NCBI GenBank assembly: GCA_963705255.1
Contig: OY970061.1
Coordinates: 2,080,001-2,144,000 of the forward strand
From: an uncultured Methanoregulaceae archaeon
GTDB lineage: Archaea > Halobacteriota > Methanomicrobia > Methanomicrobiales > Methanospirillaceae
Direction: 5' to 3'
DNA: 64,000 nucleotides
Positions 55,611 to 64,000 of this stretch are shown here, piece after piece. Below the pieces are notes generated by a model. It did not search any database and was not told where the DNA came from. It worked only from the letters and a program-made list of their open reading frames with translations. The translations under genes and the position numbers were made by a program. Every line of letters starts with the position of its first letter. Position 1 is the first letter of the stretch.

Positions 55611-55646
55611 AGAAATACCTATAAGTTCCCAAATCTCCACGCTAGT

Positions 55647-56730
55647 ATGAGACGCTGCCCCTATTGCGGGACAACAATTGCCTGCGATGACAATTTTTGT
55701 TATCTGTGCCAGCGTCCGTTTGAATCCCCCCCGCCCAAAGATTCCACGCACCCGATCCTTGACCTCTCCAAAGATGAATGGAGAAAGCCCCTCGTATCTG
55801 CGGCCCTGTCCCTTGTCGGCGTGGGCCTCGGACAATTCTACAATGGTGAGACCGTCAAGGGGCTCGTATTTCTCCTGGGTGTGCTGGGCGCCCTTTTCGC
55901 CATGCCGGTATATACGGCATTTGACCTCCGCATCGTTATGGTGATCGTCTGGGCAGTGGCGGTCCTCGATGCCTACCTGAGCGCAAAAAAGATCAACCAG
56001 CTGAAAAAGGAGTTCCGGAAAAGGAGCATCCTGTTCTGGCCGGAGGTGGCCGGCCTTGTCATCATTGCCGGATTTTTCATCATTCTTGCCGTTGCTCCGC
56101 ACGTGGCAGCACAAAGCATATCGCTTGCGGCGGGTGAAGTTGCAACCACAAAATACCCGGTCTACGCAGTCCCCCTCTACGAATCCGCCATCGCCCTCTC
56201 GCCGAACGACACGGCAATACGGATGGACGAAGCGGGTCTCATGCAATCCCTTGGCAGGGACGGGGAAGCCCGGCAGGACCTGGAGTACATCATGGCCACG
56301 AACCCGAATGAAACCGCCCCGATCGTGATGACCGGCAATATTCTCTATGACCAGGGCCAGTACCGAGGAATCCATCCGGTATTTTGAGAAGGCGTTGTCA
56401 GTCAACGGGAACGACGCACAGATCTGGATACGGAAGGGCGACGCAAGTCTCGCAATCTCGATCAGGGAGAATCGGAAGATCCGGGCGAATTTCCAGGCAC
56501 TCACCACGAATAACCAGGATTCTGGGGCGGCATCCAATGAGACCCTGGACACCTTAGAATCCACGCAGTCCTATCAGGACGCGATTGAGTCCTACAACCA
56601 GGCGATCAAAATTGATCCGTTCGTCAGCGTGGAAATTTCCTCGCACATCTTTGCCGCCACTCAGGACCTCCTGAACACAGAACAGGGTATCGTAAACGAT
56701 ATGAGCAACGGAAATACGACCCCGGGGTGA
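55647..56730 (+). CDS. Zinc-ribbon/TM2-like membrane protein with TPR repeats, with +1 indel at ~56364
   Basis: CPYCG..FCYLC, GLGQFYNG, TM helices, then TPRs (YFEKAL, YNQAIKIDP). Confidence 0.8.
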
Positions 56731-56777
56731 TCCGGAAAACGGCCCCCGGTTCCCCGCGATGGTGTTATACCCCTCGG

Positions 56778-57070
56778 CAAAAACCGGGGCGGTTTGCGGG
56801 GCGCTATTTTGCAGGTGTAGCAATCGTTTTAATCAAATATTTTTGAAAATAAGCCATGAATCTCACGATCTTCCACAGGCGTGGACATGCTTTCCACTCC
56901 CCCCGGAAATGACCTTTGTCTGTTTGGCAAAAGGAGCCCGTTTCGGGCTTTTCCGACTTCAGCCCCCGGTATCACCATCCTTCCGGAGGGGTATATCTAT
57001 CCTGTAGGGTGCCTCCTTCCAGTACCTCTTCCCGGAAGTGGGTGTTCCGGTAATTCTCCGCAGTGTTGAT
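56778..57070. repeat. Diverged direct repeat, copy 2
   Basis: Matches 55311-55610; includes the 3' end of the minus-strand gene. Confidence 0.75.
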
Positions 57071-57481
57071 CTCTATCTCCGCGGTGGTGTCGGGCAGGAT
57101 GTAGAACCGGCGCCAGGTCCGCTCGTTCTGGGTACGAACCCAGAGCTCGCGGACGATGTACGGCGGGAGGGGAAGTGTCCGGAGATCCGCGACATCGTCC
57201 GGGAACTTGTTCTCGATGATGCAGTCATCGGAGAGGCCGTACCGCACTTTTTTCAGTCTCACGGCAACCATTATTGCCGGCCTGTAGATCAGGCCATCGA
57301 ACCGCACGGACGGATCGGTATTGTCCGTCCAGTGGTAGCCCATGCGTTCGGCACACTCTTTCGCTTCATCGTTCAGGCTGGCGCTGCCGGGCGTCCCCGC
57401 ATAATCGATCTCCTCTGGATGTGGCGTGAAATATTCACGCGGAAATATTTCTCTAAGAGAATGAACCGGAAGTTGATGCAC
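56959..57481 (-). CDS. Hypothetical protein, possible Hjc-like PD-(D/E)xK fold, with +1 indel at ~57026
   Basis: DEAKECAERMGY..FDGLIY..VAVRLKK..RELWV; restored end EEYWKEAPYRIDIPLRKDGDTGG*. Confidence 0.6.
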
Positions 57482-57617
57482 TTTCCTGTTTCGAAAGCAT
57501 CGGTCTTTGCGACCCGGGGCGACCTTCAGTCGCCAATGTCCAATCAGAATTCCCGATCGACCATCCGGTCCCCCGAGTCAGTTCAGGTACATAAGCATTC
57601 CCCTGTATCAGATGCGA

Positions 57618-58748
57618 TTAGTGTTCCGCAGCGATCCGGTACGCTCCCTTCGGCACAACAATCTCAAACCGTGCTCCCTTGCCCGGCTCTCCTGTTTCGC
57701 GGATCCTGATGCCGGTAAAATCAAGAATTTCGCGGGAAAGGGCTAAACCGAGTCCGGCGCTCTTCCCGAAACCCTGGTCGAAGATCCTCTCCTTCTCCTG
57801 AGCCGGCACACCGTCACCATCGTCTTCGCACAGGATAACGCAGTTATCATCGGATTTCTCCACAGAGAAACGAACGGTCGTGATCTTCCCGCCATACTTC
57901 ACCGCATTGTCCATGAGGTTGTAAAAGATATTGGCGATGAGGGCATCGGTGAAGACTTCGGTCCCGGCAGGAATATCATTTACGAGCCGCAGGTGCCCGG
58001 TCGCTCCCTCTTTTTCTGCGGCCTCCACGATTGCACGGGCATCCGCCCAGACCGGAGTATTGATCCCCATCTCCTCGTATCTCTCGGTGAACCGGATAAT
58101 GGAGGAGATCCGATCAGTAGCGGACCCGATCTTTTTAAAATAGTCATGGTATGTGGTGTCAGGCAGCTTCTTCTCCAGCATCCCATGGTATAAGTGCAGT
58201 ACCGTCAGCTGGCTGATGATATCGTGCCGCGTGATGCTGGAGAGAAGTTTGAGCTTCTTGTTTGCAGCGTCCAGAGACTGGTTGTAAAATTTCATGAGTT
58301 CCATCTCATGGTACTCCATCTCCTTTTCAACTACCTCACTGACCCCCAGTGCTTCCTCAACTTTCTTCCGGGAAACAGCATAACGAATCTTGTTCGAAAG
58401 CTCGGCAAACTGGCTTTTCGGGTCACCGCCTTTCTGGAGATAAAAATCCGCACCATTGTTGAGGGCCTCGATGACCACCTCTTCCCGCCCTCTCCCGGTG
58501 AAGATGATGAACGGTGTTGTATCCCCAGATTCCCTGAGCTGCTTGAGGAACCCGATGCCATCTATCTCCGGCATCTGGTAATCTGAGATGATGGCGTCAT
58601 ATCGTTTTGTCTTCAGATGGATGAGCGCCTCGCTGGCAGATGTGAGCGTATCGACAGCGAACGAACCCTCACTCTCAAGGAAGAGTTTGCTGAGCTCCAG
58701 TAAGCCGGGCTCGTCATCCACATAGAGGACCCGGATCGTATCCGCCAT
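57618..58748 (-). CDS. Hybrid REC-histidine kinase (no PAS)
   Basis: VLYVDDE, ISDYQMP, ITRHDI, NLMDNAVKYG, DDGDG, GLGL. Confidence 0.9.
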   Translation of the reverse strand: MADTIRVLYVDDEPGLLELSKLFLESEGSFAVDTLTSASEALIHLKTKRYDAIISDYQMPEIDGIGFLKQLRESGDTTPFIIFTGRGREEVVIEALNNGADFYLQKGGDPKSQFAELSNKIRYAVSRKKVEEALGVSEVVEKEMEYHEMELMKFYNQSLDAANKKLKLLSSITRHDIISQLTVLHLYHGMLEKKLPDTTYHDYFKKIGSATDRISSIIRFTERYEEMGINTPVWADARAIVEAAEKEGATGHLRLVNDIPAGTEVFTDALIANIFYNLMDNAVKYGGKITTVRFSVEKSDDNCVILCEDDGDGVPAQEKERIFDQGFGKSAGLGLALSREILDFTGIRIRETGEPGKGARFEIVVPKGAYRIAAEH

Positions 58749-61700
58749 TATGCGCTCCTTCCCGCGACACGCCACATACCTTTCGGCACCACGATCTCAA
58801 ACCGTGCCCCCTTCCCGGGATCGCCGGTTTCCCGGATAGAGATACCGGTGATATCGAGGATCTCCCGCGAAAGTGCCAGGCCAAGCCCCGAGTTCTTCCC
58901 GAACCCCCGCGCGAAGATCCGCTCCTTGTCATCAGCAGGGACGCCATCACCATCATCCTCACAGACAATGATCTGGTTTCCATCCTGCTCGTGCACAGTA
59001 AACCGGACTGCCGTGATCTTCCCGCCATACCGTACGGCGTTATCCATCAGGTTGTAAAAGACTTTGGCGATAAGCGGGTCGGCGAATACTTCCGTGCCGG
59101 CAGGGATGTCGTTTTTCACCATGACCCTGGCACGAAGGGTCTCCTTTGATGCAGTGTCCACGAGTGCCCGGCAGTCGTGCCAGAGAGGGGCATTTACCCC
59201 TATCTTCTCGTAGTCTTTGGTGAACTCGATCATGGCGGAAATCCTGGTACACGTGTCCGCGATCCGGGTGAAATAGTCATCGAGAGCGGGATCCGGGGTC
59301 CTGGCATGGAGTAACTCAAGGAAACCATTCAAAGCCAGAAGCTGGTTGCTGATATCGTGCCGCGTAATAGCGGAGAGGAGGTTGAGTTTTTTGTTTGCCT
59401 GCCGGAGCGCCTCCTCTGCCAGTTTACGATCGGTGATATCGACGAAGGATTCTATCAGGACCTCCTTTTCCCCCAGTATCGTCCTGGAAACGCTTTTGAG
59501 GATGGGCAATCGCTCTCCCTGCTGGTTGAGAAGGAGGCGTTCAGAGGATTCGATCGCCTGCCCCAGATCGGTAACCGGGCATTGGGATGATTCGGCAGGA
59601 CAAATGAAGCGGTGGCACACCGAACCTGAAACCGATTCGCTGTTGCCTCCGATCATCTCGAGAGCTTTGGGGTTGGCGTCAAGGATTGTATGGGTATGGG
59701 GATCGATGATGATGATACCGGACTGCAACGAATGGAGGATCGTACGGAACCGCTCCTCGCTCACCCGGAGCGCCTGCGTTGCGGTCCTCCGCTCGTCTTC
59801 AATTGCGATGGCCTGTGCAAGGAACGACAGGATCTCCAGTTCCTGCGGGGAGGGCGAATAGATGTCCTGGTACACGACGCAGAGTGACCCGAGGAATTTC
59901 TCACCGATTTTTACCGGAATACCAATATAGGTCTGCAGCTGATACCGTCCGACATTCGGGTCGGTATCCGCATAGGAGGACGTCATCAGGTTGGTAATAA
60001 TCGCAGGAGAGCTGCTCCCCTCCAGGATTACATCATTGCATATATGCCCTTCCGGCAGATCGCAGGGGGGAAAATCTGCCGGAGTATTCCACATTCCCAG
60101 CGAGCGGAGCATACCGCCTTCGAGCCGGTTATAGAGTGCACAGGTCCCCTGAAGCATCCTGCCCGCGAGGCCCGTCAGGATATTGATATTGCTTACGGGG
60201 TCTGGAGAGAATGACAAAAATGCCCTGTTCACTTCCGATAACCGCTCTTCGGCCAGCCTGCGGGGAGTGATGTCCTCGATTTGCGCAAGGTAGAAGCGCA
60301 GGGTGCCGTCCTCATTCCTGATGGTTGTTACTTTGAGGGCCCCCCAGAGGGTACTGCCGTCTTTCCTGACGTACCGTTTTTCCGTACTATATTCAGGAAT
60401 AGTACCTGCCTCCAGCGCCCGGATGCCTTCAATATCTCCGGCGAGATCATCCGAATGAGTGATGTCCTTGAATGACATCTTCCGGAATTCCTCTTCCGTG
60501 TGCCCCATCATCGATACCCATGCCGGATTGACAAGCAGGAACCGAAAATCCGGCAGGGCGAGCGTCATACCGAGCGATGTGTTCTCAAAGATCTTTCTGA
60601 ACTTCTCCTCGCTCTCCCTGAGCGCCGTCTCCGCCTGCTGCCGGTCGGTGATATCCCGGATGGTAACGATAAAACCATCCGGGCGGTCGTCTGCACCGGG
60701 AAAGATTCCATGGCTGCTCTCGACAAAAAACGACGACCCGTCCCTGCGCCTGACCCGGTACGTAACCGCATGCCGGAACTTCCCGTCAAGGAGCTCCACC
60801 ATGGTCTTCCGAACCAGCTCGTGGTATTCCGGCTCCACCCAGTCAAAGACGCTGGTTCCGACCGCTTCATCCATGGATGAGACACGGAACACCCTGAGGG
60901 CTTCAGGGGAAGCAATAGTGATCCGCCCGGTGAGGTCAAAGAGAATGATCCCGTCCGGGGAGATCTCAAAGAGGGTCCGGAAACGTGCTTCGCTTTCCTG
61001 GACTTTTATCTGGAATGCTGCGAGCTGGTCATAGTTCTGGCGCAGTTCCTCCTCGCTCGCAGTCAGTTCCTCAAATGCAGCGGCAAGTTCCTGGTTTTTT
61101 TGGTGAAGTTCTTCTTCGGCCCGTTTCAGCTTCGTCACTTCCACGGTCACGGTCAGGATGGCGGACCTGTTGTTGATGGTGACCGGGAGGGTAGAAAACT
61201 GAACGTGAACCCGTTTCCCCCTCTTTCCCACGAGAACCATCGGGACATTCTCGAGCCTGCCCGACAACACCAGGTGCGAAGAGAGCCTGCCAAAATCCAG
61301 AAGTGAGAGCATCCCCATCTCTATCGGGGTCTTTCCCAGGACTTCGGCTTCCGGGTACCCGCTGCTCTGCAGGAAAGCTGCATTGACAGCGATGAATTTT
61401 CCATCCGGGATACTGTTGATGGAGATGGGATACGGGCTGTTCTCAAAAATGGTCCGGAACTTCTCTTCACTCTCTGCGAGCGCATTTTCCGCCTGCCTCT
61501 TTTTTATGGCATAGCGGACCTTGTTCGAAAGCTCGACGAATTGTGCTTTTGACTCACCGCCTTTCTGGAGATAAAAATCAGCACCGTTATTGAGCGCTTC
61601 GATGACAACCTCTTCACGCCCTCTCCCGGTATATACGATGAACGGTGTCGTATTACCGGATGCCTTGAGCTGCTTGAGGAACGTGATGCCGTCCATCTCC

Positions 61701-61879
61701 GGCATCTGGTAATCCGAGATGATGGCGTCGTACTGCCTGGTTTTCAACAGTCTGAGAGCCTCGTTGGCAGACGTGAGCGTATCAACGGAAAAATCTCCCT
61801 CGCTCTCAAGGAAGAGGCGGGTGATCTCAAGCAGGCTGGGTTCGTCGTCCACGTAGAGAACCCGGTACGCATCAGTCAT
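58748..61879 (-). CDS. Hybrid REC-PAS-GAF histidine kinase
   Basis: REC domain, four PAS, a GAF (YIGIPV..GSLCV), HisKA ITRHDI, HATPase; TAATG overlap with the next gene. Confidence 0.92.
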   Translation of the reverse strand: MTDAYRVLYVDDEPSLLEITRLFLESEGDFSVDTLTSANEALRLLKTRQYDAIISDYQMPEMDGITFLKQLKASGNTTPFIVYTGRGREEVVIEALNNGADFYLQKGGESKAQFVELSNKVRYAIKKRQAENALAESEEKFRTIFENSPYPISINSIPDGKFIAVNAAFLQSSGYPEAEVLGKTPIEMGMLSLLDFGRLSSHLVLSGRLENVPMVLVGKRGKRVHVQFSTLPVTINNRSAILTVTVEVTKLKRAEEELHQKNQELAAAFEELTASEEELRQNYDQLAAFQIKVQESEARFRTLFEISPDGIILFDLTGRITIASPEALRVFRVSSMDEAVGTSVFDWVEPEYHELVRKTMVELLDGKFRHAVTYRVRRRDGSSFFVESSHGIFPGADDRPDGFIVTIRDITDRQQAETALRESEEKFRKIFENTSLGMTLALPDFRFLLVNPAWVSMMGHTEEEFRKMSFKDITHSDDLAGDIEGIRALEAGTIPEYSTEKRYVRKDGSTLWGALKVTTIRNEDGTLRFYLAQIEDITPRRLAEERLSEVNRAFLSFSPDPVSNINILTGLAGRMLQGTCALYNRLEGGMLRSLGMWNTPADFPPCDLPEGHICNDVILEGSSSPAIITNLMTSSYADTDPNVGRYQLQTYIGIPVKIGEKFLGSLCVVYQDIYSPSPQELEILSFLAQAIAIEDERRTATQALRVSEERFRTILHSLQSGIIIIDPHTHTILDANPKALEMIGGNSESVSGSVCHRFICPAESSQCPVTDLGQAIESSERLLLNQQGERLPILKSVSRTILGEKEVLIESFVDITDRKLAEEALRQANKKLNLLSAITRHDISNQLLALNGFLELLHARTPDPALDDYFTRIADTCTRISAMIEFTKDYEKIGVNAPLWHDCRALVDTASKETLRARVMVKNDIPAGTEVFADPLIAKVFYNLMDNAVRYGGKITAVRFTVHEQDGNQIIVCEDDGDGVPADDKERIFARGFGKNSGLGLALSREILDITGISIRETGDPGKGARFEIVVPKGMWRVAGRSA

Positions 61880-62022
61880 TCTGCATGCCTCACTGCTCAG
61901 TAATCTATTCCTTTCGATTTTAAAATAATGCTAAAAAACTCCATGCAACGTATTCTTTTCCGGAATGGGGATATTTAGGAATTGGAAGGATTTTAGGCAA
62001 CAGAAATTCGTATACCGGGATC

Positions 62023-63246
62023 TTATAATCCCGGCTCTCCCCGGCACAGCGGCTTGGCCAGATGTCTCCGCGCAGTGGGCGGGACTTCGTACCAACCGGG
62101 TGCAAGTGCCCGCGAAATCTCCCGGACCTCCGGCTCTGCCGCCCGGGCTCCGCACTTCTTGCACTTCCACCCTTTACCTTTCCCGTCGCTCGTCATCCGC
62201 TTCTTGCATACAGTACAGAGCGGCGGGCGGATAGCCTCTGCCATCCCAAGCGATACAAGCTTGATCTTCTCGAGATTGATGCTGCCTTTCTTGAAACTCC
62301 CAAACGCGATCACCTCATCGCCCGGCAGCAGTTGCCTGACAATATGCCGGAAATTTTTTGTGGGCTCGTAGGTCATGCACCGCACGGGAAAATCCCCGTC
62401 TTTCATGATGAACGAGACATGCCCGCCCGCATGTGTCCTGGGAACACTGGTCACGTTCCCCGGCACAGAGTAGGAGAGCAGTTCGTGAAGATGCCCGGCC
62501 GTCCCGGGCAGCAGGTGGGCATCCGTCCCCTGGTTGGTGACCCAGATCTGCTCGATGCCGGGCGGCTCTGAACGGATCATCTGCCGGGCATGCATCACCC
62601 ATGCCGGGCTCTCGCCACGGATTCCGAACAGCACCGGGTCCGGCGTATGCGGGACGCAGACCACGACGTCGTTGACAACGTCTACCGTGTCCCAGGTATG
62701 CGGGAACGTGGCCTTCTCTGCGTCAAACAAACTCTCCCGGTCGACGTTGCGGGGCGTGCCCCAGCGCTCCGGCTTCCGGTAGACCAGGATCTCTGAGGTG
62801 CGGTCCGGCAGGTCGCTTGCCACCGCTGCCGTTGCACCGATCAGCCCGCGACGGTTCTTCCAGCCACGGTAGCGGGCACCTGAATCGTCGAGCACCCGGA
62901 TCGCCTCATCGATCTCGCAGAAATCCTTCACCGCACGCCGGTAGAATGCAGGGTCAGGTTGTTCTTCGACAACCACCAGACCGGGATTCGTATTCCCGCA
63001 CGAAAAATCGGCAAACTCCTCGACGGTCGCGCATGCGATCTCAAACGCCCGGTCTGCGTTGCCCTCCGCGTGTAACGCGATCGCCGCATTGCCCCGGGTC
63101 TTCCAGGTCACGTTCGGGTTGAGCCGGACGAGCCGGGCCTCCTTAACCTGCATATGCTCCCGGATCAGCCGTCGGGCCAGCACCGCCCCGAGGTACGTCG
63201 TGCACATCCCCTGCGGCGAGTCCGTGTCATCGATGCCGATCAGCAT
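62023..63246 (-). CDS. tiaS: tRNA(Ile2) 2-agmatinylcytidine synthetase
   Basis: IGIDDTDS..GMCTT, LNPN..WKTRGN, TNQGTD.H, C-terminal zinc ribbon and RRHLAKP. Confidence 0.95.
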   Translation of the reverse strand: MLIGIDDTDSPQGMCTTYLGAVLARRLIREHMQVKEARLVRLNPNVTWKTRGNAAIALHAEGNADRAFEIACATVEEFADFSCGNTNPGLVVVEEQPDPAFYRRAVKDFCEIDEAIRVLDDSGARYRGWKNRRGLIGATAAVASDLPDRTSEILVYRKPERWGTPRNVDRESLFDAEKATFPHTWDTVDVVNDVVVCVPHTPDPVLFGIRGESPAWVMHARQMIRSEPPGIEQIWVTNQGTDAHLLPGTAGHLHELLSYSVPGNVTSVPRTHAGGHVSFIMKDGDFPVRCMTYEPTKNFRHIVRQLLPGDEVIAFGSFKKGSINLEKIKLVSLGMAEAIRPPLCTVCKKRMTSDGKGKGWKCKKCGARAAEPEVREISRALAPGWYEVPPTARRHLAKPLCRGEPGL

Positions 63247-63289
63247 GTCTATATTAATATATGGGCACGCTCCATCCATTTGTATCTAC

Positions 63290-64000
63290 ATGTCCCAGGA
63301 CCGCCAGCTCCAGCTGGTTACCAGCGTGATGATCACGGCAGGCTTCGATGTCTCCGAACGGTTCACCATCCGCCCGCGGAGTTTCGACCTCATCGCCCGC
63401 AACAACGGGACGCTGCTGGTCATCAAGGTGGTCTCCCACATCGATTCTGTGAGCGAGGAAGGGGCATTCGACCTCGAGCTGATCTCGCGCCATCTCGGCG
63501 GCGTCCCGCTGATCGTGGGCAAACGGGCCCGGGAAGCGGAGCTGGAGCGCGGGGCGGTGTACGTGCGGTACGGCATCTACGCGATCAGTCCCGCGACACT
63601 TTATGATTATTTCGTGGAGAAGATCCCGCCGCTCGTGTATGCGTCGCCCGGCGGGCTGTATGTCAATATTGATGGCGAAGTGCTGCGCGACCTCCGGGAA
63701 AAGCGCAACATGTCCCTTGGCGACCTCGGGCAGGTGCTCGGGGTCTCGAGGCGCACCATCAGCAAGTACGAGGGTGGGATGGGCACAACGCTTGACGTGG
63801 CGATCCGGATCGAGGAGTTCTTTAATACGGGCGTAGTCGAGTCCATCGATCTCATCCGGCACGAACCTCCGAAGGCAATGGAAGGAGAGCAGAAGGAGGT
63901 ACCGATCAGATCACCCATGGAATATCTCGAACAGCTGGGGATGCAGCTGCACACGCTCCATGGCGCCCCGTTCCAGGCCCTGCTCATGTTCGAGAAGCAT
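63290..64000 (+). CDS. Archaeal Cro/C1-type HTH transcriptional regulator, 3' truncated by the window edge
   Basis: ATG at 63290; RPRSFDLIAR, LERGAVY.RYGI, PGGLYV, LGVSRRTISKYE; divergent from tiaS. Confidence 0.85.
   Translation, partial: MSQDRQLQLVTSVMITAGFDVSERFTIRPRSFDLIARNNGTLLVIKVVSHIDSVSEEGAFDLELISRHLGGVPLIVGKRAREAELERGAVYVRYGIYAISPATLYDYFVEKIPPLVYASPGGLYVNIDGEVLRDLREKRNMSLGDLGQVLGVSRRTISKYEGGMGTTLDVAIRIEEFFNTGVVESIDLIRHEPPKAMEGEQKEVPIRSPMEYLEQLGMQLHTLHGAPFQALLMFEKH

Overview
This is GC-rich archaeal chromosomal DNA from a hydrogenotrophic methanogen. Gene content and synteny point to Methanomicrobiales (Methanoregula-like); the taxonomy is inference. Housekeeping content: cdc48-larC-radB, dapF, R15P isomerase, the MCR-activation operon (atwA, methanogenesis markers 3/6/5/15/17/7, plus a coupled AhpD/CMD gene), dys-pyrF, cbiZ, RPA, ribK-ribB, the mevalonate/thiolase cluster, hmgA, hisG, ppk2, two REC-histidine kinases and tiaS. 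About a dozen genes carry single-base frameshifts that look like long-read consensus errors, and six of them are the same GTAC->GTACC insertion, suggesting GTAC methylation in the host. Best leads: (1) a 1151-bp AT-rich cassette (32629-33779) carrying only an HNH-endonuclease gene, bounded by 25-bp TGT...ACA inverted repeats with GG on both flanks and a palindromic reconstructed empty site; (2) a 120-aa stand-alone NrdD glycyl-radical/zinc-ribbon protein; (3) a five-gene prepilin-like operon facing a 1100-aa Ig-like/vWA/PKD adhesin; (4) a nuclease-less type IIG-like methyltransferase with NPPE instead of NPPY, next to an XRE-ImmA/IrrE plus DUF4411-PIN pair; (5) a structured ~120-nt ncRNA candidate; (6) several MITE/REP-like repeats and a ~300-bp direct repeat around a TPR gene. 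No tRNA, rRNA or true CRISPR array was seen. All calls are by eye, with no database searches.
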